Shown here: one piece after another, positions 11,100 to 25,300 of the stretch
Layout: the number at the start of each line of letters is the position of its first letter
Numbering within the stretch: position 1 is the stretch's first letter
Translations under genes and position numbers: made by a program
Notes under the pieces: model-generated
Told to the model about the DNA's origin: nothing
The model's database searches: none
The model's input: the letters and a program-made list of their open reading frames with translations, nothing else
Source of the DNA: Octopus bimaculoides
Lineage: Eukaryota
Direction of reading: 5' to 3'
DNA length: 39,808 nucleotides
Assembly: GCF_001194135.2 (NCBI RefSeq)
Contig: NC_068985.1
Coordinates: forward strand, 7,548,243-7,588,050

Positions 11100-14000
11100 C
11101 TGAAAAAAAAAATTTTTAAAGTATAAAATAAAAAATAAAATAATAATAATAATATTAATAACAACAACAATAACAATAGTACATTATTTTGTCTTGGTAT
11201 AAAAGATGGGCTACAACAAATATTCTGCTTAATACCACTGATTTGCTTGTCAGTTGTTTGACCTTAAGTAGTTGAGCATGTCCCTTGGTGGCTGACGATA
11301 TGTGCATCTCTGATCATGAGCAGAAGTAGTGGGGGAGCATCATAACCATGTGTTGAGAGGAATTCTTTGGGGTTTGAATAATTCACCTTTGGAAACATGG
11401 GTGTTTTGCTCAACATCCTTAAACAAACCTTATTCAGGGACCTTTTGAGCGGGATGGGTGACTCACCCTGAAGAAAATAATTCTAACTGGGACCCACCTG
11501 CGAGGTCATGCGCTGTTTATCTTGATATGGGATCACCATGTCGCGCACATATGGTTGTGATGCATGTGCCTGGTGTACCCTTATCAGACGGGTAGTCATG
11601 ATGGGTATAATGGGCTTCATATATTTTACCCCAGTGTCACTTTGATGGCATGCACTGCTCTCTCACTCAATAATAATAATAATGGTAGACATTAGTACAT
11701 GAGCTATTGTACCAAATCCAGCTAATAAGTGTTTCATTAACCTGAGAAGAATATAAAGGCAAGAATACGTTATGGCAGGATTTGCAACCAGAAAATAGAG
11801 GGACACAAATGAATAGTGTTAGAGGTTTCATCAGATACATTATTTACATTTGACGGATATTTGTCCTCATCTTGTTTGTTGCTAACACAACGTTTCGGCT
11901 GATATACCCTCCAGCCTTCATCAGGTGTCTTGGGGAAATTTCGAACCTGGGTTCTCATTCCTAATGATGTTACTATTATTATATTATTATTATTAATACT
12001 ATTAATCAGGTCGCTGCCGTGAATCGAACTCGGAACCTTGGGGTTAGTAGCCCGNNNNNNNNNNNNNNNNNNNNNNNNNNNNNNNNNNNNNNNNNNNNNN
12101 NNNNNNNNNNNNNNNNNNNNNNNNNNNNNNNNNNNNNNNNNNNNNNNNNNNNNNNNNNNNNNNNNNNNNNNNNNNNNNNNNNNNNNNNNNNNNNGCTCTT
12201 AACCACTACGCCATATGCCCGTGGGCAATTATGGAGTGAATAATAGTATTAATAATAATAATATAATAATAGTAACATCGTTAGGAATGAGAACCCAGGT
12301 TCGAAATTTCCCCAAGACACCTGATGAAGGCTGGAGGGTGTATCAGCCGAAACGTTGTGTAAGCAACAAACATGATGAGGACAAATATCCGTCAAATGTA
12401 AATAATGTAAATAATGTAAATAATTCCTCATCTCTTAAATATAGAACTGTTTCATCAGATGTTCTACCATTTGTTCCATTACACACTCGACTTCTTCACT
12501 GTCTGTGACACACTTTTAGAATAGGTACACCATCACCTCGCATGTCACAAAAGGTGACCAAACGGGCTGGCGGCAACAAGGACATCAGAAAACCCTGTCA
12601 ATCTCCATGCCAGCAAGGTAAGGCAGATAAAAAAAACGATAGGTTATCTCCCCTGGCACAGCTGCAAACTTAACCATCCATCCAGATCTTCTCATTTTCT
12701 CTTATAATCGTCCTCTTGTAAATTCAAAACTACGTCCTAATACCTTCTTACCACAATGTATATCTCACTTTCCAGTTACGCCCATCCACCCTTACATCAC
12801 ACACAGAATATACAACAGCCATGTATCTTCTCTACTGCAAGACACCCATTTTAGTCTGTCCCACTCAAAACTTGGCCTAAAGCCACACCTTTCTCTCGAC
12901 CGCACCTCCGTTCAGTTAAGGGGGTTTTGTATCTCTGGAGTTAGATAGTGACTTCATGGCAATGCCATGAAAACAGCCCCCAGTACACTCAGTAAAGTGG
13001 TTGGTATGAAGAAGGGCATCAAGCAGTAGAAACCACACTGGGGTTCTATGCAGTTCTCTGGTTCATCAGATCCTGTCAAATGACCCAACCCATGCCAGCC
13101 TGGAAGATGAACTTTAAATGGTGACAATGATGATGATGATAATGATGACAATGAATACAAGTAAAAGACCAACAAGCTTCGTGTGGAGGGTCAAATCTTG
13201 TCAAATTAACAGCCATATAATATTCTTACTGTTGTTATTCGCTCCCATGCCAGTGGCACGTAAAAAGCACCATTTCAGTACGATCGTTTCCAGCTTCGCC
13301 TTACTGGCACTTGTGCCAGTGGCATGTGAACAAAACATTGGACTGACTACTGTGCAGGTGGCACGTAAAAAACACCAGTTGAGCGTGGCCGTTGCCAGTA
13401 CTGCCGGACTGGCCCTCGTGCCGGTGGCATGTAAAAAGCCCCCACTACACTCTTGGAGTAGTTGGCGTTAGGAAGGGTATCCAGCTGTAGAAACTCTGCC
13501 AAATCAGACTGGAGTCTGGTGTAGCCATCTGCTTCGCCAGTCCTCAGTCAAATCATTCAACCCATGCTAGCATGGAAAGCGGACGTTAAACGATGATGAT
13601 TACTACCGAGATAGCATGGAAAATGGACATTAAAAGATGATGATGATAAAGCAAATAAGCAGAATCATTTGGAAATCAGACAAAATGCTTAGCAGCATTC
13701 CTTCCAACTCTTCAAGTTCCGAGTTCAAACCCCACCAAGGCCAACTTTGCCATTCAGTTCTTTCAGTGTCAATAAAAGTATCTGTCAAATACTGGGGTCA
13801 ACGTAATTGACCACGCCCCAAAATTGCTGGCTTTGTGAAAAAATTTGAAAACATTATTATTATTGGCCAATGCCAGTGCCACCTGTCTGGCTCTTATACC
13901 AGTGGCACATAAAAAGCATCCACTAAATTCTCGGAGTGGTTGGCATTAGGAAGGGCATCCAACTGTAGAAACATTGCCAGATCAGATTGGAGCCTGGTAC

Positions 14001-14584
14001 AGCCTTCTGGCTTGTTAGTCCTCAGTCAAACTGTCCAACCCACGCCAGCATGGAAAGTGGACGTTAAACGACGATGATGATTACATCCTCCGTAACTTAG
14101 CAGTTTAACAAAAGGGACCAATAGAATAAGGGTCAATTTGCTTGGCTAAAACCTTCAAAGTGGTACCCCAGCATGGGCACAGTCAAATGACTGAAACAAG
14201 CAAAAGATAAAGGATATGTCTAACATGGCTTATAGTCCAAAGAGGGTAATGACATACAGATAGCATTTATAAGGAGAAAAGAAATAATATTGTACGTTAC
14301 CAGATTTCTTCTTATAGTTTTTACTGTTCTTCTGCGTTACTGGAGAGTCATTTCTGTAAAAAAGATTTTTAAAAGTATCAATAACTGAATTCAAAGAGGA
14401 AAAAAAAATATGGTGGCTGTGTGGTAAGAAGTTTGCTTATCAACCACATGGTTCTGGGTTCAGTCCCACTGCATGGCACCTTGGGCAAGTGTCTTCTACT
14501 ACAGCCCCAGGCCAACCAAAGCCTTGTAAGTGGATCTGGTATATGAAAACTGAAAGAAGGCCATCGTGTATGTGTGTGTGTGTG

Positions 14585-14628
<44 letters not shown>

Positions 14629-17600
14629 ATGTACCATGTGGTTGGCAAACCAGTGACTTACACACACAGCCACTCCTGCACCTATAATAAAAAAAAAATC
14701 TAATAGAGTCCATTCATTCATTAATGTTACACTAGTTTTCCATTCTAGCTTGGGTTAGACAAATAGAGGTACTGTTTAGTAGCCAAATGCCTTTCCTGAC
14801 ACTTTTAAAATTTTGTTTGAAGGGAACTCTAATTCCACACAGTTTTGAAAGTTCGAGAATGCTTTATTAACAGAAGCATTGGCTAGCAATTTTATTATGA
14901 TACTTTTGTATAAGCAAGCAAAACTGTAAACAAAACACAGACAAACGCATAAATACTGTTGACATCATAAGAATTTGAAAACTTAAAAAATGTGAAATAA
15001 TTCTTTTTTAGGAAGAGTGAATCTCCAAGCGAAATAAAGCTATAAACCAATAGATACACACCACGATTTACAGCTGCAAATGCTTTGACTCACCATCCCT
15101 GAAAAATGTATGTATGGTTATGTGTTAAGAAGTTTGCTTCGCAACCACATGTTTCCAGGTTCAGTCCCACTGAGTGGCACCTTGGGCAAGTGTCTTCTAC
15201 TATAGCCTTGGGCTTATCAGAGCCTTGTGTGTCAATTTGTTAGACAGAAACTGAAAGAACAGTGTAACACTAGGTGTGTGTGGGCGCACTGATATCAATA
15301 GTGAACACCATCATCATTATTTTAATGTCTGTTTTCCATGCTGGCATGGGTTGGAAGGCATGTACACCAACATATACAGTAATCCCTCGCCATATCGCGG
15401 TTTATTATTTAAGCTTACGTCGATTCCTCTTTGGTGTTGTTTTGCATTCATAATAGAATAAATATATACAAATTATAAAAATAATAAAAAACAAATATAC
15501 AGTACTGTTTCTACTTCACGGATTTTCACCTATCGCGGCGGGTTTGCAATGAAATACCCGTCACAGTGGAGGGGTTACGGTACCTCGCGTGTAACACTCG
15601 TAAATGGGCATTTAGTGCGAAGGGAGGTAACCCATTACATAGAGGGACGTAATTCTAGTTAAACCATTCGACAAATACAGACGCGGACTGGTCTGAGTGA
15701 TATACCTTATTTTAATGTGTATAAGCAACCCCCGTGTATAAGGAACCCCCTAATTTTGGGGGGCTTAAAATTAGGAAAAAAAGTTTTGTAAGGGATCATA
15801 ATTTTTAACAAAAAAGGGTTCCTTATACATGTTAAAATATAGTAATTGCTATAATTAACTAAAAATTCTTAAAACAATTGCCCAGCATGGCCGCAGTCCA
15901 ATGTCCGAAGCCGATAAATAGAACAAGAACAAAATAACAAATTCCTTACTTCAAATAGAATGGATTGTTGGAATTTTTCTTTCGGTGTGCCTGGTTTTTA
16001 CCTTCCTTGTTCGAATCATCACTTTCAGAATTGTCATCACGAGATTTCTTTTTATTCTTCTTCATCAAACGTTCTTTTTCATCATCAGAATAATCCAAGA
16101 ACTAAATGTGAAGCAGACAAAACAAGATTTAAGATAAAAAGAAAAAAAGAGAAGAAATGGTAAAGAAATACAAGACCTCATAGAATTTACAAAAGGTTAC
16201 AGATAACATCAGTTGAACCAGACACAAGAATCACAAAGTTTGGAAATTGTAATTTCATAATTTTTACAGGAATCACTGAAAGACAGAGCTTGAATATTAC
16301 AGTAATTAACCAGTAACATTAAGCACAGGATATTAATCTGAACAATCACCATTCAAGCATGGTCGTTGCTAGTGCCGCCTGTGTAGCTCCCATGCTGGTG
16401 GCACATTAAAAGCACCATTCAAGCACGGTCAATGCCAGTGCCACCAGACTGGTCCCATGCCAGAGGCACGTAAAAAACACCATTTGAGTGTGGTCGTTAC
16501 CAGTGCTGCCTGTGTGGCTCCCGTGCCGGTGGCACATAAAAAGCACTATTCAAGCATGGTCGATGCCAGTACCGCCTGACTGGAACCCATGCCGGTGGCA
16601 AGTAAAAAGCACCCACTACACTCTTGGAGTGGTTGGTGTGAGGAAGAGCATCCAGCTGTAGAAACATTGCCTGATCAGATTGAGCCTGGTGCAGCCTTCT
16701 GGCTTGCCAGTCCTTAGTCAAATCATCCAACCCATATCAGCATGGAAAGTGGACATTAAATGATGATGACGACCATTGTCGGGTACAGGCATGACTGCAT
16801 GATAAAAGGAGCTCATTGAGATGAGCTGTCAGATTACTCTGTCAAATGTGATGCTTATTTATTCACATTGTTTGGAATTAATCATGGATTATCTCAAAGT
16901 TTCGAGATTTCGATGACGTGATTGTTAAGTTTTAGAATGACATTGTAGGGTTGGTGTGAGAGGTTGAATCTGGCCAATTTGAAAATAAAACAAATAAAAT
17001 ATTGGGTCAGATATGGCAAAAATGAGTTGGACCTGTATTGTAGTTCAAAGGGCCAGCCTTGTCACATTTTGTGCAACACTGAATCTCCCTGAGAACTACA
17101 TTAAGGGTACACTTGTCTGTGGTGTATTCGACCACTGGCACATTAACTTCATGAACAGGCTTTCCATTGATCAGATCAACTGGAAACCTTGTTGTTATAA
17201 CTGATAGGGAGCTTTAGCAATTAAACCAGTCATATCCAGCCAAAATATTCTGCCTGTTTTATATTCAAACTGGCCAGATCCAACCTCTCGCACCAACCCT
17301 TCAATATCATTCTAAAAACTGGCAGTTACCTCATCAAAATCTCAAAGCTACAAGATAATGCATGCTTAATTCAAGCTTGTTAATAAAGAAGCAATACATT
17401 TGACAAAATAATGTGACTGCTAAAGGGTTCAAATTATACTTAGACCAATTTGAATGTTAGCAGACCAGAATTGTTAACATGCCACACAAAATGCTTTAGA
17501 GACATTCCTTCCGGTTTTATGCTTTGAGTTCAAATTCTGCCAAGGTGAACTTTGCCTTTCATCCTGTCAGGGATGAACACTGGGATTGATATAATGAACT

Positions 17601-19269
17601 AGTATGTCTCCTAAAATTTCAAACCCTTTGACTACACCAGAAGCAATTACCTGAGACCTGCATAAACATCTTTGTCTGAATTAATTTAATGGGCTTTAAC
17701 TCATCATTTGACCATGGAGTAGAAATACCAGGCATTATGAAACTATTTAACTACTGAAAGATTTTGAGGCACTCAGCTACAGTAAAATACATTTCCAATA
17801 AATACCAAAGAGTTCTAATAAGATCTTTTATGACACAATAAAAGGTAATTTGCTCCAATCAGTAAATATTAAGGCTTAAGGAATAAAGAAAAAACAAATA
17901 AATAACAAGTAAGCATTCTAACCTTATCTGGAGGTTCCAAGTCATGTTCCCAAGATGCATCAGAACCCTTTTGTCTAGAGGGAGAGAAAAAAAGGGGGAG
18001 AATCACAAAGTGAATTATTTCTTAAAAAAGAAAAAATAAAGATATCAGCCAAACAAGTTAAGACTATTGTGAATTATTAACTCAAAATTAATCTACAAAG
18101 TTGTTGTGTAATTGTGGTACTCTCTTGTGGGCATCACAGCAAATGAAAGTAATCTATTGAACACTTAAGAATATCCTATCATGGAAATATAAGTCTTAGA
18201 TAATAGGTCCGTTGGAAATGCCATCGTTTTATTACCAATCCAGCTTTGGCTATAAGCAATATTTGGTTCAGACATCTTAATTTAACCGTTCAACAGGTGA
18301 TCTCTATAAACAGAAGCAACTTATTTAACCCATTAACTTGTCTGTAGAAAACCTGAATTCCATGAAATTCCACTCCAATCAAAGTTTCAATGTTTCCATC
18401 CTGACTAATAACAGCACCAACCTAACTTATTTCACAAACCTAACACAATGAGACTCCTTTTCAACAAGTTTTGGAAAAAATTCCTTTTATTTTGCTCCAT
18501 TCTGAGTCAAAAGTTACATAAAAGCAGAAACTTACTTCATCAAGTCCTGTACAAACACATAGTTTGTATACTTCAACTCTTTAGGGGCATAATAAATTTC
18601 TGTCCCAACTTTCAAACCCTTTTCTTGGATATCTTGAGTGGTGTTAAACCGAACAGAATACATAGGGTTCCGTACAGGACCAAATATTTCAAACACCTGT
18701 TAGAAAAAACAAAAGGTAAAAAAAAATTACAGGCAAACTGCTTAATCAATATTTCACTGTTCCAACATAAAAACTAACTTAGCCCTGGAAGAATGGCAAA
18801 AATAAATGGGAATTCATGTTATTGCTTGCTTAGTTGACACACTTCATTATATAATCATTTTCATACGCTGTATTAAAAGGAAAAAAAGTTTTAACAAGTG
18901 AAACAGTATAATCCAAAGAAATAAGTAATGTTCTATGTTTACAAATTCCACATGATTTTCCTTCAACAAAGAGCCCAGCCCCAAAACGTCAAACACCTTC
19001 TCTTCCTCATGGCAAACTAACTTCTTTCTCTATTTTAATGGTTTATATTCATTTTTTTAATTCTATTTTTTCATTTTTACACCTGTTTCAGTCATTATAC
19101 TGCAGCCTCGCTGAAGAATTTTAGTCGAATGAATCAACTCCAGAACATAATTTTTTAAAGCCTCGTACAGATTTCATCAGTCTCTTTTCACAAACTGCTA
19201 AGTTAATAGGGACATAAACACATCATCACGAAATGTCAAGCAGTGGTGTGGAGCGAACACACACACACA

Positions 19270-19319
<50 letters not shown>

Positions 19320-22300
19320 NNNNNNNNNNAAAAAATATATATATGTTAGTGACAGAGGCAGTATCAATGCCAAGACGTAATATCTATTCCCTTCATGCGG
19401 GTGACACTTAAAAGCACCCACTACACTCTCTGAGTGGTTGGCGTTAGGAAGGGCATCCAGCTGTAGAAACTCTGCCAAATCAGATTGGAGCCTGGTGTAG
19501 CCATCTGGTTTCACCAGTCCTCAGTCAAATCGTCCAACCTATGCTAGCATGGAAAGCGGACGTTAAACGACGACGACGACGACATACATGACAGGCTTCT
19601 TTCAGTTTCCATCAACCAAATCAACTCACATGGCTTTGATCAGCCTGAGGCTATAGCAGAACTTGCCCAATGTGCCATGCAGTGGGACTGAACCTGGAAT
19701 CATGTGGTTGGGAAGCAAACTTCTTACCACACAGCCAAGCCTACACCTGTATTCCTTTATTTGTTTCAGTCATTTGACTGCGGCCATTCTGGAGCACTGC
19801 CCCTAATCAAGAAAACCAACCCTAGGACTTACTCTTTGTAAGCCTGGTACTTATTCTATCAGTCTCTTTTGTCGAACTGCTAAGTTATGGGGACGTAAAC
19901 ACACAAGCATCAGTTGTCAAGCAATGTTGGGGGAAGAAACTCAGAAACACAAACACATACATACATATACATATATATATGTATGACAGGCTTCTTTCAG
20001 TTTCCATCAACCAAATCCATTCACAAAGCTTTGGTCAGCCCAAGGTTATAGTGGAAGAATCAACAGGCATTGATACCAGAAATAAAGACCAATCCAAAAA
20101 TCCTAAAAACATCAATTTTGAAATTATCAATGCCAACAGGTATGGCCGAGCGGCTGAGCAGCTCACATTGCAACCACACGGTTTGGGGTTCAGTCCCACC
20201 GTATGCTACTTTGGGTATATGTTTTCTAATACAGCCCTGGGCTGACAAATGCTTTGTGAGTAGATCTGATAGGCAGAAATAGATGGAAACTGTGTCAAAA
20301 CCCAACATGATCATCGTTTAATGTCTGTTTTCCATGCTGGCATGGGTTGGATGGTTTGACAGGAACTGGTAATGCCAGGGGTTGCACCAGGTTCCATAGT
20401 CTGTTTTGGCTTGGTTTCTACAGCTGGATGCCTTGCCTAACACCAACCACTTTAAAGAGAGCTCCAGCATGGCTGCAGTCCAATGACTGAAACAAGTAGA
20501 AAAGATAAAAGATATAAAAAAAAAAAACCTAAACAACATCCAGAAATTTGTAAAAAGAGTCATTTCTAGAATGTTCCTACCTGTCCCAAGGAGGTTCGGT
20601 CCTTTAGAAACAAGATGCTGTCATCGTTGAGTGGAGAAGATTCAGATTCAAGAGATTGAACTACAACTGGAAAATAATTCAAGTAGAAATGAAACACTGA
20701 AAGACATACAGAAAAATGGTAGCATTCTCTATATTTTACCAACGTGTCTTGGCAAACGGAACCAATAATATAAGCAGCAGACTTGAAGAAAAACTTAAGT
20801 ATTGGGATCAATGTCTTCAACAAAAACCCTTCAAAGCAGTGCTCCAGCATGGACTCAGTCCAATGACTGAAAGGAACAAAAGATATGTGTGCATATGTGT
20901 ATATAGGTCTATGCAACTGTGTATGTTACCCCCACATGTGGGTGAGTGTTTGAAAGGACGGATGGATGGGTGTCTTCAAAAGAAGTTTTGATTAAAGCTT
21001 TATTGCAAGTTTTATTCAGTTCTTTCTTTCTTACCCCCTATTCTGTAGCTTTCAAGTTTTTAACCCCAAACATGGCTATTGTAATAACCCTTCATAAAAC
21101 GGCTCAACTTTCCACTTTTCCACGAGAAAGAAAGACAGGGCCAATCTCTTCAAAAATATAGATTTCTTCTTTTTTTAAAAAAGAACTTCAAATAAAAACA
21201 CTAATTCTTTTTATATTTTTTCAAATTTACTTTATCCATATTGGTGTCAAAGAATATTATTAGAATTCATTGGCTAAGTTGAGCACACTTTAACCCATTA
21301 CCTCCCATAATTCTATTAACTGAAATTTTTTTATGAAACTTTAATTTCTAGCATAAAACAGCCTTAGAAACACACTGGAATGATCAAAATAACATTTTAA
21401 ATAGAAATAAGCAAGATATTGGGTGAAAAATTAGCAAACCTCATTTGAATATCAGAGAAATATACCTAGTAGATATAGCAAAAAGGTTAGATATGTGTAA
21501 ATATTGACAGATAATTACAAAATTTTTAAGTGATCTCATATGAGATCACTGGTAGGTAATGGTTTAAATAAACCCTTGATTCAGAATGAAATTATTCGTT
21601 TTAAGCATCTTTGATCAGACTCAACTTTGGACTATGACAAGAGATAAGAAGGATCCCCTAATGAGACCAATCAACCTGCATGAAATAGGTGGTAAATCTC
21701 CTTCAAACCACACCCTAGCATCTTAAGAAAGAACAGACTGGATAATATAGTGACAAAAGTCAGGATGGTCATGGCTTGAACGCTTTTGATTATAGTTCCG
21801 CTCGATAAGTGCTAAACCACAGCCATCATATTTTCTAACATACAAATCATTGTAAAGTAAACATTCAAACATCATTACTATATCTTTCTAAATCCTGCTG
21901 CATTTCACGCGGGAATTTTGGTCTTCCAAAGTCATCCTACCTGTTTTGGCTGTAAATTTTGGTCTGAAGAATTCCACTTATATGCCAGAAAATATGGTAA
22001 ACATTAATAACTTTTATAAAGTATATAATATCTGTTTACTTCATATGTGTACATGAACCCTTTCGTTACCATCCTGGTTGAAACCGGCTCTGAGTACAAA
22101 TATCTTTTACGTAAGTTCTGAATTAAAATCTTCCACCAAACCTTAGTCACAATTTATGTTCCTATCACTAGCTGAATGATAACCAAGTTATTTTTGCTAA
22201 ATTCTTTATATTTAAAATTAATTGAAAGAAACACAGAGCATCTCAAAATAAATACAGTAACGAAAGGGTCTCTCTTGTCCACATTTTCTTCCAATGCTTT

Positions 22301-25300
22301 TCATCACCAACAACTTTCTAAGCTGAGTCACGCTCAACATCATCATCATCATTTAACGTCCGCTTACCATGCTAGCATGGGTTGGACTAACCTTTATTAT
22401 AATAAATATTACAGAAATCAATGAACCACAAACAAATTTCAAATAATTCTAGATTTTACCCATTCCCCTGTTATCCCGTATCTCATTTATCACATTTCCG
22501 TCAAGCAAAGGCTCTAATTAAACAATAATACTTACCAAGTGTGTCTATGATAGTGGAAATCAACCCAACACATACAAGCTGCACCTTGTCATCTGCAGTT
22601 ATCTTCAGTTCTTCAATAGGAGGAAGATCCTTTAAAGTAAAAAGTAGGTAAGTGATACAGATCCTATGTGCTAAAAATATGAACCCTACTCATAGCTATC
22701 ATCATTATTTAACATCTGTTTTCCATGCTGGCATAGGTGGGACGGTTTGACAGGAGCTTGTAAGCCAGAGAGCTGCATCAGGTTCCAGTCACCTGCTTTG
22801 GCAAGGTTTTTACAGCTGGACACCCTTCCAAATGCCAACCACTTTACAGAGTGTCCTGGGAGCTTTTTACATGATGCCAGCACATACCAACGTTCAATAT
22901 AACACAGCTGTAAGGCAGCAGAATTGCTACCAGACTGAGCTAAATGCTTAGCAGCAATTTGCCCGTCCTCACGTTCCGAGTTCAAATTTCGCCAAGGTCT
23001 ACTTTGCTGTTAGTTTGTTTCTTCAGTTGGATATATTAGCAGTGTAAATGTTGGGGAGAGATTCTTTAGCATTTAAGCCATCCATATCTGGCCCAGGAAT
23101 TCTATTGGTTTTATGTTCAAACTGACCAGATCTAGCCTTTCATACCTACCCTACAATGTCCTTCTAAATATAAACAATTACGTTGTTGAAATCCTGAAGT
23201 TATGAGATGATGCAGGATGAATTCAAAATAATGCGAATAAAATTAATTAATACATTTGACAGAAAAATCTGAACGCAAAATGGTAAATACTTTAGTCACA
23301 GAAGGAAGAAGTGCGACTGCAATAGTCTACAAGATCTCCAAGACTGTGAGGAAAGCAAAGGCAACCAGACTGGAGATCTGTTCCACACACTCTTGCAAAG
23401 GAACGGTCTGCTACAAGCACCAAGTGTCAAATGGTGGAAGTAAAAAGCCAAGTAACTAATTAAGGCTTTTACTAATTTCGATACCAAATCAATGTGTAGA
23501 ATGATGGGCAAGTGACAACCATAGCCCCACTTTGATTAATAGCTTAGGAGTGAAACTTAAGAAAGGAAACTGTGCAAAAGCCTCTTAACAAGTAAAAATA
23601 CAGATATATAGGTATGGTGTATATCTACACCGGATTATATTTTGCTGATGTCTTTTGTGGAGGAGAAAACCAATGTCAACATCATCATCATCATTTAACA
23701 TCCGTGTTCCATGCTAGTATGGGTGGGATGGTACCACAAGAGCTGGCCAAGCCAAAGCCTGCATCAGACTTCGGTGACTGCTTTGGCAGGATTTTTATAG
23801 CTGGATGCCCTTCCTAACACCAACCATTCAGCAGAATACATTTTATGTGGCACAAGCAAGGTAAGTCATGCTTTTTACACGGCACTTTTTTTAATGTGTT
23901 TAAAGTAAAAATCCTTGTGGTATTTATTCCACCCTGTGATGCATGGACATCCTTTATCAACCAGTGATTGACCAAGGCATCTATAACCAAGTCCACAAAA
24001 TTCCATCCTATAGTTACAGACATGGCTGCAGAGTTAAGAAGCTCATTTTGCAACCACATGCACCTTGGGCAAGTATCTTCTACTATAGCCCCAGACTAAC
24101 CAATGCCTTGTGAGAGAATTCAGTAGACAGAAACTGTGTGGAAGTTCTCATATATCAACATTTTACTGTTCACTTTTTCATGCTTGCACGGGTTGGACAG
24201 AGTTTACAGACGCAGAATTTCCATGTCCTTCTTACTGCGGACCCCCACCTGTTTCCAAGCAAAGTGATATAAACTCCATAACCAGACAATGTTTGTGCAG
24301 AATATTGGGAATGAAAGAGGACACCTGTATAACAGTGGCAATCATGTAACATATATACAATGGGCTTCTTTCAGTTTCTGTCTACTAAATCCAGTCGCAA
24401 AGCTTTAGTCAGCTTGAGGCTATAGTAGAAGAGACTTGCTCAAGGTGTCATGCAGTGGGACGGAACCCAGAACTATGTGGCTGAAAAGCAAACTTACTAC
24501 ACAGCCACTCCTGCACCTATCATCATCATCATCATTTAACGTCCACTTTCCATGCTGACATGGGTTAGACGGCTTGATTGGCAAGCTGGAGCACTGCACC
24601 AGGTTCCAGTCTGATTTGGTATGGTTTCAACAGCTGGATATCCTTCCTAATGCCAACCACTCCAAGAGTGTAATGGGTGCTTTTCACGTGCCATTTACAT
24701 AACACCAGCAACGGCCACAACTACGATTTCACAGATGGTGTCTGTCTGTAAGTTTGTGCACCCACCGCTACACAACTAAAGTTGGTTTTTGCACATCTCC
24801 ATAATTTAGTGATTCAGCAAAAAAGACTGGTAGAACAAACACCATCATCATCAACATTGTTTAGCGTACGCTTTCCATGCTGGCATGGATTGGACAGTTT
24901 GACTGAGGACTGGCAAGCCAGAAGGCTGTACCAGGCTCCAATCTGATCTGGCAAGATTTCTACATCTGGATGCCTTTCCTAACATAAACGTCCTGGGCTT
25001 GATTTGTTCAACTAAACCGTTCAAGGTGGTGCCCCAGCATGGCTGCAGTCTAAAACAAGTAAAAAGTAATAGAAATTTTAAAATAAATATTTCTAGATCA
25101 GTCTTACCTCAATACCTAATTCTCCTTTCACTTTAGGCTTTTCAATAATTTTCTTCTCACTAAAATGTCAAAGAACAAAATTTTTAAATCATGGTGAAAA
25201 TTTGAATTGAATTAGAATTTCAGGAAATAGAATTTCTTACATAAACTTAATAAAACAGCTGAGCAAAGTTTAACCCTTTTGATACCAACCCGGCTGAAAC

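Larger units (their letters stand above)
11837..12448. mobile_element. Penelope-derived inverted-repeat element in NAF1 intron 8 with 12-bp TSD
   Basis: The left arm is minus-sense (tail, hammerhead, tRNA-like module, partly N) and the right arm is plus-sense (hammerhead, tail). Exact direct repeat GTTTCATCAGAT at 11825-11836 and 12449-12460. Confidence 0.85.
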
